Below are positions 40,331 through 50,597 of a stretch of DNA of 64,000 nucleotides, piece after piece. A program made the position numbers and the translations under genes. Origin of the DNA: a bacterium (lineage in GTDB: Bacteria > Hinthialibacterota > Hinthialibacteria > Hinthialibacterales > Hinthialibacteraceae); contig CAXXMV010000003.1 in the NCBI GenBank assembly GCA_963662285.2, forward strand, positions 352,001-416,000. The letters run 5' to 3'. Below the pieces are notes generated by a model, which saw nothing but the letters and a program-made list of their open reading frames with translations, was not told the DNA's origin and made no database searches. Position 1 is the stretch's first letter. Every line of letters starts with the position of its first letter.

Positions 40331-40675
40331 TGATTTATTTTGGTAATTATAAGAGTTTTTATTCCTGAATTTTATAACAAAGTTAAACTGAATTATCCTA
40401 ATTCAAGTTGTATGATTATAGCGTCTTGTCTACTACAGTAATTCTAATCCAAAATATTTTAGATAATTACTCTACAGATAATACTCATTTTCTTGTTTTT
40501 TAGGGAGAAGGGTGAAATATTTGCTTGAATAAACAGTCATCTTGACGAATTGAATGCGCAGCACCATGATAATTTCTTAGAGTGGATTGTATAATATCGT
40601 TGCTTTTGTTGAAATGAAACGTGATTATATATTGATATAAACATTAAAAAATCTGAAAGAAGAGATAGCGTAATA

Positions 40676-41995
40676 TTGATGGATAACAAATATATTGAAC
40701 GATTTGAAAAGAAGACCGCGATACTCGGCGTGGTAGGTTTGGGTTATGTAGGATTGCCTATCGTACTCGAAACCACCCATTCTGGTTTCAAAACGATTGG
40801 TTTTGATATAGATATAAAAAAAGTTGAATCATTACAGAACGGCCAATCTTATATTCATCATATTAAGTCAGAGAAGATACAGGAGTTGGTCTCAGGTGGT
40901 CTTTTCGAGGCTACTACTGATTACGAAAGATTAAAGGAAGTGGACGCAATAATCATCTGCGTCCCCACTCCATTGAATGAATACCGCGAGCCTGATCTGA
41001 GGGCGGTCGACGCCACCGCCAAGGCTATTGCCGAAAATCTGCAACCCGGTCAGCTGATTATACTTGAAAGCACTACTTATCCCGGAACCACAGAAGAACG
41101 CATCCGTCCCCTTCTGGAAGAAACCGGCTTGAAAGTTGGCGAGGATGTATTTTTAACTTATTCTCCTGAACGTGAAGACCCAGGCCGCAAGGATTTTACT
41201 ACCCGCACCATACCCAAAGTATTCGGCGGCTGCACTAAAAATTGTCTGGCAGTGGGAACCGCGCTTTATTCACAGTTGTTTGATAACCTGGTTAAGGTTT
41301 CATCCACTCAGGCGGCGGAGATGACCAAGTTGTTGGAGAACATATACCGTTCCGTCAATATTGCTCTGGTTAACGAATTGAAGATGCTGAGCGACCGGAT
41401 GGATATCGATATCTGGGAAGTGATCAACGCCGCCGCTACCAAGCCTTTCGGTTATCACCCTTTCTATCCTGGTCCTGGTCTGGGAGGACATTGCATCCCC
41501 ATCGACCCATTCTATTTAACCTGGAAAGCGCGTGAGGTTGAATTTTCCACCCGCTTCATTGAACTGGCTGGAGAGATCAACACCAATATGCCGCGCTACG
41601 TCATCATGAAGATGGTCGAAACCCTCTCAGAACAGGGCTGCGTGGTTAAAGGCGCCAAGGTGCTGGTTCTGGGAGTGGCTTATAAACCGAACGTGGATGA
41701 CGTGCGCGAGTCGCCCGCTTTGAAAGTGGTTGAACTAATGCGAGATTGGGGTATGGAAGTCTGTTATCACGATCCCTACATTCCGGTTTATCCCAAATCC
41801 CGGCGCGGCGACATGGGGCTTTCTTCTATAGAATTAACCGAAGAAACCTTACAGGATCATGATGCGGTGTTGATCCTGACCGATCACGCCTGCATCGATT
41901 ACCAATGGGTGGTTGATAACGCCAAGGTGGTTATTGATACGCGCAACGCGACTGCGGATGTCAGCAGCAACCGGGATCGGATTGTTAAAGCTTAG
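40676..41995 (+). CDS. Nucleotide-sugar dehydrogenase (UDP-GlcNAc 6-dehydrogenase, WbpA/WecC-like)
   Basis: GLGYVGLP, CVPTPL, ESTTYPGTT, SPEREDPG, GPGLGGHCIPIDP, AYKPNVDDVRESP. Confidence 0.92.
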   Translation: MMDNKYIERFEKKTAILGVVGLGYVGLPIVLETTHSGFKTIGFDIDIKKVESLQNGQSYIHHIKSEKIQELVSGGLFEATTDYERLKEVDAIIICVPTPLNEYREPDLRAVDATAKAIAENLQPGQLIILESTTYPGTTEERIRPLLEETGLKVGEDVFLTYSPEREDPGRKDFTTRTIPKVFGGCTKNCLAVGTALYSQLFDNLVKVSSTQAAEMTKLLENIYRSVNIALVNELKMLSDRMDIDIWEVINAAATKPFGYHPFYPGPGLGGHCIPIDPFYLTWKAREVEFSTRFIELAGEINTNMPRYVIMKMVETLSEQGCVVKGAKVLVLGVAYKPNVDDVRESPALKVVELMRDWGMEVCYHDPYIPVYPKSRRGDMGLSSIELTEETLQDHDAVLILTDHACIDYQWVVDNAKVVIDTRNATADVSSNRDRIVKA

Positions 41996-42013
41996 TATAT
42001 TATTGAGTGGCTT

Positions 42014-42144
42014 CGGGCGACCACGAGGGGCGCACCCTACATTGTTTGAATGGATTCGGGTGTTTAGAAATCACCCCTACGCGTTGGGGGATGTATTCCT
42101 CTCCCAAGATTGGGAGAGGATAGGAGAGGGTTGATCGCAGCCAC
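42014..42144. repeat. Two GTAG-type REP hairpins (minus strand) plus a CCTCTCCC repeat
   Basis: Reverse complements GTAGGGTGCGCCCCTCGTGGTCGCCC and GTAGGGGTGATTTCTAAACACCC; CCTCTCCCAAGATTGGGAGAGG element at 42093-42144. Confidence 0.7.
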
Positions 42145-42184
42145 CCTTGCATAGAAATGACTGGCGTTTTTAGGATTATATATA

Positions 42185-43003
42185 ATGACCAACCGATCTG
42201 ATGCTTGCATTGAAGAACGCCTTAAGCAATATTATCAGACCAGCACCCGTTACCGGGATGATTTGGTTACTCATGATGCATCATTTCTGGAACCTTTTCT
42301 GATTCTGATTGAACGATATCTGGCTAAGAATAGCCGGATTCTTGACCTGGGCTGCGGCACGGGATTATCTACCCGCTTGATCGAAGAGAGAGGTTATCCG
42401 GTTTGTGGAGTTGATTTATCGCCTTTGTTTTTAGGCGTTGAGAAGAAGGCGAATCCCCAAACCAATCTACTGGCGGGCAATGCGCTGCAACTGCCATTCG
42501 CCGATAATACATTTGATGCGGTAGTTGCTTTTGAATTTATAGAACACATAACCGATGTTCCAGCGCTTTTGAATGAGATGCTGCGGGTATTAAACGATCA
42601 TGGTTATATCATTATTCACTCGCCAAATCTGGTTTCTCCATATTTGCCTGCTTTTGATCTGTTGCGCATGATGTTAGGCGGCGAAGGCAGACCGGTGTTC
42701 GCCGAGGATGCCAAACAGGCCAGTCAGTGGTTGAAGCAAAACCTTAAGATATCCTTGAAAAAGAAATTTGCTTCAAAACCGGATTTCCTGTATCGCGAGC
42801 CGGATTTATCCGAACGCAGGATCGGTGGAGATTCAGACAGCGTCTACCTGGCCAACCAGATGGATCTGGCAAAATATTTCAAGATGAACGGCTGCGCGAT
42901 TGATAACCTGTCGCACGCCATGAGTTTGAAGAATAAGTTTATTGTAACTTTGACGCCTAATTTTGCGCCCTATATTGGTCTGGTAACTCATAAATTGCCT
43001 TAA
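42185..43003 (+). CDS. Class I SAM-dependent methyltransferase
   Basis: ILDLGCGTG, GVDLS, LPFADNTFD, EFIEH. Confidence 0.88.
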   Translation: MTNRSDACIEERLKQYYQTSTRYRDDLVTHDASFLEPFLILIERYLAKNSRILDLGCGTGLSTRLIEERGYPVCGVDLSPLFLGVEKKANPQTNLLAGNALQLPFADNTFDAVVAFEFIEHITDVPALLNEMLRVLNDHGYIIIHSPNLVSPYLPAFDLLRMMLGGEGRPVFAEDAKQASQWLKQNLKISLKKKFASKPDFLYREPDLSERRIGGDSDSVYLANQMDLAKYFKMNGCAIDNLSHAMSLKNKFIVTLTPNFAPYIGLVTHKLP

Positions 43004-43033
43004 ATAATGTTTAGTATGAAAAGTGATTAGCTA

Positions 43034-43828
43034 ATGGCTGTTCTGAAATCAGTTAATATAAAAAAGCAATACGCCGCCAAAACCGTGGTTGATAGGGTAA
43101 ACGTGGCCGTCTCCAGCAGTGAAATTGTCGGTCTGCTGGGACCCAATGGCGCCGGTAAGACGACTACCTTCGGTATGATCATGGGCATTGTGAAACCAGA
43201 TGAAGGCCGGATCGAACTGGACGGCATTGATATTACCAGCCGCCCCCTATCCAGAAGGGCGCGCATGGGCATCGGCTACCTTTCGCAGGAACCCTCAATC
43301 TTCAGGCGGCTGACCGTATGGCAGAACGTGATGGTTGTTTTAGAGAACATGCCTCTCAATGCTTCTGAGCGTGAAGCCAGCTGCCGGAAATTGCTGGAAG
43401 AATCCGAACTGTTTTATTTAGCCGACCAGAAAGCCGATACTCTATCCGGTGGAGAAAAAAGGCGCATGGAAATCTGCCGCGCTCTGGCCGCCCGTCCCCG
43501 TATCCTGCTGTTGGATGAACCGTTCTCCGGCGTTGATCCCATCGCGGTTGGTGAATTGCAAGAGATTATCCTGCAGATGAAAAAACGCCGCATCGGCGTC
43601 TTGATCACCGACCACAGCGTCCGGGAAACACTCGAAGTTACCGACCGGGCCTACATCATGCACCAGGGCGTTATCCTGACCCAGGGAACCTCCAGCCAGC
43701 TGATTAATGATCCCATCGTCCGTGAAACCTACCTGGGCGAGAACTTCTACTTCAAAAAAACCAAGAAAACAACCACTAAAAAGAAGCCTATTCAAAAATC
43801 TGATACCTTGTTTGAAATAAGGGATTAG
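43034..43828 (+). CDS. lptB: LPS export ABC transporter ATP-binding protein
   Basis: GPNGAGKTT, GIGYLSQEPSIFR, LSGGEKRR, LLDEPFSGVDP, LITDHSVRETL, YLGENF. Confidence 0.92.
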   Translation: MAVLKSVNIKKQYAAKTVVDRVNVAVSSSEIVGLLGPNGAGKTTTFGMIMGIVKPDEGRIELDGIDITSRPLSRRARMGIGYLSQEPSIFRRLTVWQNVMVVLENMPLNASEREASCRKLLEESELFYLADQKADTLSGGEKRRMEICRALAARPRILLLDEPFSGVDPIAVGELQEIILQMKKRRIGVLITDHSVRETLEVTDRAYIMHQGVILTQGTSSQLINDPIVRETYLGENFYFKKTKKTTTKKKPIQKSDTLFEIRD

Positions 43829-43937
43829 AATAGGGATTTTGGGATTGAGTGGGTGGTTTTTTATGAGTCGGTAAGGCTGACTTATTCTACGCGATAGGTC
43901 ATTATTCTGAACAATCATCACGTGAGGAGAAAATATT

Positions 43938-45830
43938 ATGCTTTCTTCCGGTAATGCTTCATCATATTTAAAAACCCGCTTTGGTCTTGCGTTCCTTTTT
44001 CTTCTTCCCATAACCATATCAACTAGCGCGGTTGATATGACTACTACGGTTGATGCGACTGATATAACCAGGGGCTTGCTTAAAACCTCTACGGAATATC
44101 AGGTTCGTTCCGGGGTATATGAATTGTATTATCCCGAATGGATTCCCGGTATTCATGGTCCACGGAATCCAGTTCAGAATCTTGCCGAAATAACGGTCGC
44201 AACCACAAAAGGAAAACCAGTCCAATGGCGGCGCGACCCTCATAATGCCTTTAAATTCCAGATCGAGGTTCCCAAGGGAGTGCGGCGCGTTGTGGTTGGA
44301 ACAACCTACATCTGCAATCAACCCAGCGTTAATTCGCGCAGCATTGATTCGTATGGCAACTCGCTTGTAGGCGTGATTAATTGGAATACCTGCCTGCTTT
44401 ATCCAGCAGGGATTAAAGCTAGTGAAGTTGATGTAAATCTAAATTTGAATCTACCCGAAGGTTGGAAATGGGGTTCGTCGTTGATTCAAAAGAGTGATGA
44501 TGAAAACTCCGTGCAGTTCAAGACCATCTCGTTTGAAGACTTGGTCGATAGCCCGCTGATATGCGGCAAATATCTAAGAACTTACGATTTGACGCCCAAA
44601 GATGGTCCTAAACATTCGCTGCATCTGGTATCTGAATCAGAAAAAGCGGTTAAACCTACTGATAAGACCATTGATGGATTAAAGCGGATCGTTCAGGAAG
44701 CGGCTTTGATGCTGAAGAAGCATCATTTCGAGCATTATCATTTTCTGCTGGTGCTGAGCGATACCGTACCAGGTATGGGTTTAGAGCACCTGAACTCCAG
44801 CCTGAACGGTGAAGGCGAGCGTGGGCTGTTGGATGAGAACCAGATATCAGGAACAGCCAACCTCTTGTCCCATGAATATTGCCATAGCTGGTGCGGCAAG
44901 TACCGCCGTCCTGCGGGTATGGTATTGCCTGATTTTAACACGCCGATGGATACGCGGTTGCTTTGGGTCTATGAGGGGCTGGATCAATATCTGGGCAAAG
45001 TTCTGGCTGCGCGAGCTGAACTGAACGCCCAGAAGAGAGAATCTTCTTTCGATGAGATTCTGAAAAAACTTGGTGGAACCATCAAGTATTATATGAGCCA
45101 GAAAGGCAGACGATCCATTTCTCTGGAAGATACATCTTCATCCTCCTACATCCGCAGAGGTGGCAGCCGTTATTGGAACCGCTTAAACCGGGGGCAGGAT
45201 TACTACAACGAAGGCGCCATGCTGTGGATGAATATCGACGCCATATTACGCATAGAGAGCGAAGGCGAACTTAGTCTGGATGATTTCTGCCGGGAGTTCT
45301 TGGGATATGAAGAAAAAGGCCAAACCATCACTGGTTTTGAAGAATCTGATATTGTTGAGATATTAAATAAATTACATGCCTATGATTGGGCTGAATTGAT
45401 TGATTCACAGGTGCGCGGCCTGCATGAAGAGTTGCCTCTGGATTTCATCGGAAAATGTGGATATCGCATCCAATATTCCAACCAGGCCACTGATTTCGAC
45501 AAGGATTGCATAGCCACATCACTGGGACTGGTCGTATCAGGAGACGGCGTTATATCACGCATCGTTCCGGGCGGCGCAGCCGATCAAGCCGGGCTTTATG
45601 AAACAGCTAAAATTATCGGAATTAATGACCGCAAATTCAGTAAGAAACGTCTGGAAGACGCCATAGCCGACTCTGTGGCGTTGCGTTCTATAAAACTACT
45701 TATGCTAAATGGCGATCTATTTGAAACCGTCACCGTCAATTATGCTGACGGTCCGAAGTATCTTGACCTGGTACGCAACGATGAGCCTGATCTGCTGAAG
45801 GAGATTTGGCAACCGTTGTCAGTGGAATAA
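43938..45830 (+). CDS. M61 glycyl aminopeptidase with PDZ domain
   Basis: YPEWIPG, LVDSP, GLEH..S, HEYCHSW, LWVYEG, DYYNEG, C-terminal PDZ. Confidence 0.9.
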   Translation: MLSSGNASSYLKTRFGLAFLFLLPITISTSAVDMTTTVDATDITRGLLKTSTEYQVRSGVYELYYPEWIPGIHGPRNPVQNLAEITVATTKGKPVQWRRDPHNAFKFQIEVPKGVRRVVVGTTYICNQPSVNSRSIDSYGNSLVGVINWNTCLLYPAGIKASEVDVNLNLNLPEGWKWGSSLIQKSDDENSVQFKTISFEDLVDSPLICGKYLRTYDLTPKDGPKHSLHLVSESEKAVKPTDKTIDGLKRIVQEAALMLKKHHFEHYHFLLVLSDTVPGMGLEHLNSSLNGEGERGLLDENQISGTANLLSHEYCHSWCGKYRRPAGMVLPDFNTPMDTRLLWVYEGLDQYLGKVLAARAELNAQKRESSFDEILKKLGGTIKYYMSQKGRRSISLEDTSSSSYIRRGGSRYWNRLNRGQDYYNEGAMLWMNIDAILRIESEGELSLDDFCREFLGYEEKGQTITGFEESDIVEILNKLHAYDWAELIDSQVRGLHEELPLDFIGKCGYRIQYSNQATDFDKDCIATSLGLVVSGDGVISRIVPGGAADQAGLYETAKIIGINDRKFSKKRLEDAIADSVALRSIKLLMLNGDLFETVTVNYADGPKYLDLVRNDEPDLLKEIWQPLSVE

Positions 45831-45835
45831 ATCCC

Positions 45836-45917
45836 GTAGGGTAGGTCGCGTTTTTTTGATCCACCGGAATCGATCAATCAATTATTATCGGTAGGTCGGT
45901 AAAACGCGATCCACCCG
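45836..45917. repeat. REPIN-like inverted REP doublet
   Basis: GTAGGGTAGGTCGCG..GATCCACC, spacer, GGTAGGTC..CGCGATCCACCC between convergent genes. Confidence 0.65.
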
Positions 45918-45944
45918 AAAATTGTGATGATATATAAGTTATGC

Positions 45945-46484
45945 TTACAGTTCACTTCTTGTTTTGCCGCCATGTTTTTTTAGGATGGCTGCGATTGTGG
46001 GTCTGACTTTCTTAATGCGTTCGATGTCAATTTGCATTTGCAACATCCCGCCGACCATTTTATAAATGCCTTCCAATTCCTGGCTCCATTGGCCTGCAAC
46101 CACATCCATTGGCGTACTGCCATTTTTGTCTTTAACATTGACTTGTGCGCCATTTTCAAGGAGCAGAGTCACTATCTCGGGATAGCCGAAGAACACCGCG
46201 CTCATCAAAGCAGTGGAACCTTCGTTATTCTTGATCTCTAAATCAGCTCCATTCTTAACCAATAGTGTTGCTGCTTCGGTATTGCCCGTAACAGTCGTTA
46301 CCATCAACGGCGTACCGCCTCTTACTGGGTCTTTTTCATTAAGATTTGTTCCAGCGTCAATATGTTTCTGTAATTCTGCTATGTTTCCCGTACTGACGGC
46401 AGTCCAAATATCTACATTTGGTCCTTGCGAACTGCACCCAACTGTGAAAATAAGTGCAAGAATAAAAATAAAACGTATTCTCAT
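45945..46484 (-). CDS. Ankyrin-repeat lipoprotein
   Basis: Lipobox TVG|C; GGTPLMV, GSTALMSA, GSTPMD ankyrin repeats. Confidence 0.85.
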   Translation of the reverse strand: MRIRFIFILALIFTVGCSSQGPNVDIWTAVSTGNIAELQKHIDAGTNLNEKDPVRGGTPLMVTTVTGNTEAATLLVKNGADLEIKNNEGSTALMSAVFFGYPEIVTLLLENGAQVNVKDKNGSTPMDVVAGQWSQELEGIYKMVGGMLQMQIDIERIKKVRPTIAAILKKHGGKTRSEL

Positions 46485-46621
46485 TTTGCTAATATCCTTT
46501 CTTTCATTTCGCTAAGAATCGATGCTTTTATATAGTAGTCAAAATTTAACCTTCTACATTGTAATAGACGATTAATGACTTTGATTATTCATATCCTGCG
46601 AGATGTTCATTGATAACTAAT

Positions 46622-47041
46622 CTAAAACAAACGCTCGAAATGTTTCGGATTGTATTCTTCTTTAGATCGATCTACCCAATAGGTTTCGCATTCATCTGGG
46701 AATTTGATATCCATCGCATCGCGCCGGATGATTTTCTGAACCAGTGATACGGCGGTAAAGATGATAAAAAAGATGATCGATAATACCAGGCGCGACATCA
46801 CCCAGCTTAATCTTACTGCAATAGCCGACCAGACAATGAAGATTGGCCGTAAACCAGTAGGGAAGAGAATGGCTGGCGCCAGAAAAACAATTCCGCCTAC
46901 CATCCACAGCCGGTAACACCATGTCAGGTTGCCGCGCCACATCAATAATCCACCCAGCATCAGGCAGAATAATGTCATACCTATACCGAAGCCGCGCAGG
47001 TCTTTGCTGCTTGCATTTTGAGGTGATGGTTGCTTAATCAA
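46622..47041 (-). CDS. SxtJ-family membrane protein
   Basis: LRGFG, P.GLRP...W, IFF.IFT, RRDAM, TYWV, FERLF; overlaps the carbamoyltransferase stop. Confidence 0.75.
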   Translation of the reverse strand: MIKQPSPQNASSKDLRGFGIGMTLFCLMLGGLLMWRGNLTWCYRLWMVGGIVFLAPAILFPTGLRPIFIVWSAIAVRLSWVMSRLVLSIIFFIIFTAVSLVQKIIRRDAMDIKFPDECETYWVDRSKEEYNPKHFERLF

Positions 47042-48851
47042 GAGGAAACTCCTTACGCCAGTCTGCGTCTTCTTCCCAATCGGGTTGTTTTGTTTTATCC
47101 AACAGATATCGTCCCATGGCCAGAAAGTCCATATCGGTTCTCATAAAACAGCGGTAGGCGTCTTCCGGCGTGCAGACGATTGGTTCGCCGCGCACATTGA
47201 ATGAGGTATTCACCAACACAGCGCAGCCCGTCTTATCTTCAAATGCTTTAATAACTTCGTAATACCTCTGGTTATCTTCCAAAGTGACGGTCTGCACCCG
47301 CGCTGAATAATCAACATGAGTAATGGCCGGGATATCTGAACGGGGAATGTTAAGCTTATCAATACCGAAGAGATTCTTCTGCTCATCGGTCATGGGTATA
47401 CGACGTGATTCTTGAACATTGGCTACCAAAAGCATATAGGGTGATTCAACATCCATCTCGAAATAATCATTAACTTTCTCCCGCAAAACAACTGGGGCGA
47501 ATGGCCGGAACGATTCGCGGTATTTTATCTTCAGGTTCATCTTGGTTTGCATGGTTTTAGAACGAGCGTCGCCCAGGATGCTGCGTGAACCGAGTGCGCG
47601 GGGACCGAATTCCATACGTCCCTGGAACCAGCCAACTACCATATCATTTGAAAGAATATCAGCGACTTGGGGCGCTAGTTCTGTTTCAGAGAGTTCTGTA
47701 TATGGAATATTGGCATTATCCAGGTATTGCTTGATACGCTGGTCTGAATATGCTGGACCCAGTAACGCAGCCTGCATACGGTCACGGCCATTTTTTGGCG
47801 CCAGAGGTTGATTTTTATAGCGGTGGTAAACGCTCAGAGCGACGCCCAATGCTCCACCCGCATCTCCGGCGGCTGGTTGAATCCAGATCGAATCGAACGG
47901 TCCTTCGCGCAGGATGCGTCCATTCGATACGCAGTTGAGCGCAACGCCTCCCGCCAGACACAGGTTTTTCTGTCCGGTTGTTTTATGCACATGCCTGGCG
48001 ATGCGCAGCATGGCTTCTTCGGTAACTTCCTGAACTGACCGGGCCAGGTCCATTTCGCGTTGCGAGAGGTTGGTTTCCGGTTTACGCGGCGGACCTCCGA
48101 ATAGTTTATCAAAACGCTGGTTGGTCATAGTCAAACCGCAGAGGTAGTTGAAATAATCCATATTCATCTTGAACGAACCATCGTCTTTTAAGTCAATCAG
48201 TTCATCCAGGATGGTTTGGACGTATTTTGGTTCTCCATAAGGCGCCAGCCCCATTATCTTATATTCGCCAGAATTGACTTTGAAACCGGTGTAATAAGTA
48301 AAAGCCGAATAGAGCAGCCCCAGTGAGTGGGGGAATTTGGTCTCTCCCAACACCTTAAGTTCAGAACCTTTTCCTGTTCCATAGGTCGTAGTCGACCATT
48401 CACCTACTCCATCAATGGTAAGAAATGCGGCTTCATCGAATGGAGATGGATAAAAGGCGCTGGCGGCATGGCTTTCGTGATGGTCGCCAAATAATATTTT
48501 GCCGTTATATTGCAGTTCTTCTTGAATTATTTTACGCAGGAAGAGTTTTTCTTGCAGCCAGAGCGGGATGGCCATAATAAAAGAACGGAATCCACGTGGT
48601 GCAGTAGATAGATATGTTTCCAGAATTCGCTCAAATTTAACCAGAGGTTTATCATAAAACGCAACGTGATCCAATTGATCTACAGTTATATCAGCATAAT
48701 TTAAACAAGATTTAATCGCATGAATCGGGAAGGATGAATCATGCTTTTTTCTTGTGAATCTCTCTTCCTGGGCGGCGGCGATGATATCACCGTCTTTAAT
48801 CAGACAGGCGGCGCTGTCGTGGTAATAAGCCGAGATGCCTAGAATGTACAT
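47034..48851 (-). CDS. Carbamoyltransferase (NodU/CmcH/SxtI family)
   Basis: ILGISAYYHDSAA, AAQEERFTRKKH, HHESHAASAF, GEYKIMGLAPYG, GGVALNC, EFGPRALG, NTSFNVRGEP. Confidence 0.93.
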   Translation of the reverse strand: MYILGISAYYHDSAACLIKDGDIIAAAQEERFTRKKHDSSFPIHAIKSCLNYADITVDQLDHVAFYDKPLVKFERILETYLSTAPRGFRSFIMAIPLWLQEKLFLRKIIQEELQYNGKILFGDHHESHAASAFYPSPFDEAAFLTIDGVGEWSTTTYGTGKGSELKVLGETKFPHSLGLLYSAFTYYTGFKVNSGEYKIMGLAPYGEPKYVQTILDELIDLKDDGSFKMNMDYFNYLCGLTMTNQRFDKLFGGPPRKPETNLSQREMDLARSVQEVTEEAMLRIARHVHKTTGQKNLCLAGGVALNCVSNGRILREGPFDSIWIQPAAGDAGGALGVALSVYHRYKNQPLAPKNGRDRMQAALLGPAYSDQRIKQYLDNANIPYTELSETELAPQVADILSNDMVVGWFQGRMEFGPRALGSRSILGDARSKTMQTKMNLKIKYRESFRPFAPVVLREKVNDYFEMDVESPYMLLVANVQESRRIPMTDEQKNLFGIDKLNIPRSDIPAITHVDYSARVQTVTLEDNQRYYEVIKAFEDKTGCAVLVNTSFNVRGEPIVCTPEDAYRCFMRTDMDFLAMGRYLLDKTKQPDWEEDADWRKEFPLD

Positions 48852-49047
48852 TTAATGCTCCATTATCATTAAAATCAGACGACGCGTGAGTTAACTTTTT
48901 TTTTGAAATAGGTATTTAGATAACCAATGTAAACTAGATTCTCTGTTGAAGTTCAGTTATATTCATTATACTTATAGCATATATATAGCTTATGCTGAAT
49001 GAGTGTTGTTCTATCTTTAATAATTGTGGATTAATGGAAATAAAAAA

Positions 49048-49797
49048 ATGGATATTAATTTAAATAATAAAACTCCTTTGTTTAGTGAAGCGACTCTTTT
49101 TCGTATGTCACGTTATTTGAACGTGTTAGAAGAGTTTTCTCAAAAAGGGATTCCTAATATATCAACCAGTAAACTGGCAAATCTTCTAGGCGTCAATTCC
49201 GCTGTAGTTAAACAGGATTTTCTTCCTCTTAAGGTAAAAGGTCAAACCGGAGTCGGGTATGATGTTTCTCAACTGCTTGAAACTATTAGAGATGTGTTCT
49301 TGTCACGTGAATCCCTAACTTTTGCTATTGCCGGTTTTGGCAATATCGGTCAGGCTTTGGCCAGTTATCAGGGATTTGTACGTGATGGATTTGAATTGAA
49401 AGCAATTTTTGACTTGAATCCAAAATTTTTCAGCTATTCCATACGCGGCGTATTGGTAGAAGATATGGAAAATATCGTTAGAGTATGTAGTGAACGCTCT
49501 ATCGATATTGGCATTATCTGTACGCCAGCCAGCGCTGCTCAGGAAATTGCGGATAAATTTATTGAAGGAGGAGTGAAAGGCATCTGGAATTTCGCCCCCA
49601 CTGAATTGGTCGCTCCCGATAATATTATTCTGGTTCATGAACATTTAACACGGGGATTGTTGACCATTTCATACCATATCACCCATAGATATGGTAACGA
49701 TCAGCAAGAAGAGCAGAATTTGGAAGATAATCAGAAAATTGATGCGCAACTGGATGATAAACAGGACCAGAAACTGAACCTGAATCCAGAGGTCTGA
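49048..49797 (+). CDS. rex: Redox-sensing transcriptional repressor Rex
   Basis: ATLFRMSRY, VKQDF..GQTGVGY, GFGNIGQAL, GIWNFAP; start set at ATG 49048. Confidence 0.9.
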   Translation: MDINLNNKTPLFSEATLFRMSRYLNVLEEFSQKGIPNISTSKLANLLGVNSAVVKQDFLPLKVKGQTGVGYDVSQLLETIRDVFLSRESLTFAIAGFGNIGQALASYQGFVRDGFELKAIFDLNPKFFSYSIRGVLVEDMENIVRVCSERSIDIGIICTPASAAQEIADKFIEGGVKGIWNFAPTELVAPDNIILVHEHLTRGLLTISYHITHRYGNDQQEEQNLEDNQKIDAQLDDKQDQKLNLNPEV

Positions 49798-49848
49798 TTT
49801 ATTTTCGATATTCAATTACTAATCAAAAAGCATATAATAAGAAAACAG

Positions 49849-49880
49849 GAACCGTTTCAAAATTGAAAACGGCTCTTTAT
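49849..49880 (+). terminator. Probable rex terminator
   Basis: CCGTTTCAA-AA-TTGAAAACGG stem followed by a T-rich tail. Confidence 0.45.
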
Positions 49881-49976
49881 AAAGTATTTTTAAGTATTCT
49901 CATTAATAATAAGTATTTTAACTGATAAAGATATTGAATATTGCAACCTTATTTAATGAAGAAAGAGGTTGTTATT

Positions 49977-50597
49977 GTGAAAGTCAATAAACATGGCTTC
50001 ACCCTGATTGAATTGTTGATTGTGGTCGCTATCATCGGCATATTAGCAGCTATAGCGGTTCCCAATTTCCTCAACGCCCAGATTCGCGCCAAGGTCTCCC
50101 GCGTTAAAAGCGATATCCGATCTATTGCTCAAGCCAATGAAATGTACAATATTGATAACAACACTTATCCGCCTGAATCTGAAGATGACATATTCACCGG
50201 ACGTCGCGTAAGGAGTTCATGCGGTTTATTCTTCCTTACTCATCCAGTTGCCTATTTGAGTTCCATTCCCCATGATCCTTTTCAGGATACCGCCCAGCTG
50301 CGTTTTGACGGTTCCGCAGCGGCTTATGAGACTGGCGTTTTCCAGAAGAAAAAGAAGATTATTACCTATAACATATTTTCTCAAGGCCCTGATATGATCG
50401 AAAACGGTCTACTTTCCGCAAATCCCTTTATGGGAGTTCAACGTAATGGTGGATATGGCAATACCTATGCGCCATCCAACGGAATAAAAAGTTTTGGTGA
50501 TATATACTGGTATGGCGGCGACTCAAGTATTGTCAGTAATTTGATGGTTGATGGCAAAATATATAACGGCAGTTTCCCGCCTAAATTTGGCGGTTAG
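49977..50597 (+). CDS. Pseudopilin-like protein (prepilin N-methylation motif)
   Basis: KHG|FTLIELLIVVAIIGILAAIAVPNF; LTHPVAYL..IPHDPF; GPD; YAPSNGIKSFGD; GTG start after GAGG. Confidence 0.9.
   Translation: MKVNKHGFTLIELLIVVAIIGILAAIAVPNFLNAQIRAKVSRVKSDIRSIAQANEMYNIDNNTYPPESEDDIFTGRRVRSSCGLFFLTHPVAYLSSIPHDPFQDTAQLRFDGSAAAYETGVFQKKKKIITYNIFSQGPDMIENGLLSANPFMGVQRNGGYGNTYAPSNGIKSFGDIYWYGGDSSIVSNLMVDGKIYNGSFPPKFGG

Noticed and set aside
39560-40675. tmRNA (ssrA) or tRNA next to smpB as an integration site
   Set aside because: No GGGG..-TCCACCA tRNA-like ends or T-loop motif found; the flanks are AT-rich or repeat-derived.
43815-43856. GGGATT short repeats at the end of lptB
   Set aside because: Only three degenerate copies; insufficient to call a repeat element.
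46622-48851. Saxitoxin biosynthesis cluster
   Set aside because: Only generic sxtI/sxtJ-like homologs; no sxtA, sxtG or other pathway genes.
48852-49047. Rex operator upstream of rex
   Set aside because: No convincing TTGTGAA-N4-TTCACAA match; only half-sites here and near 58265.
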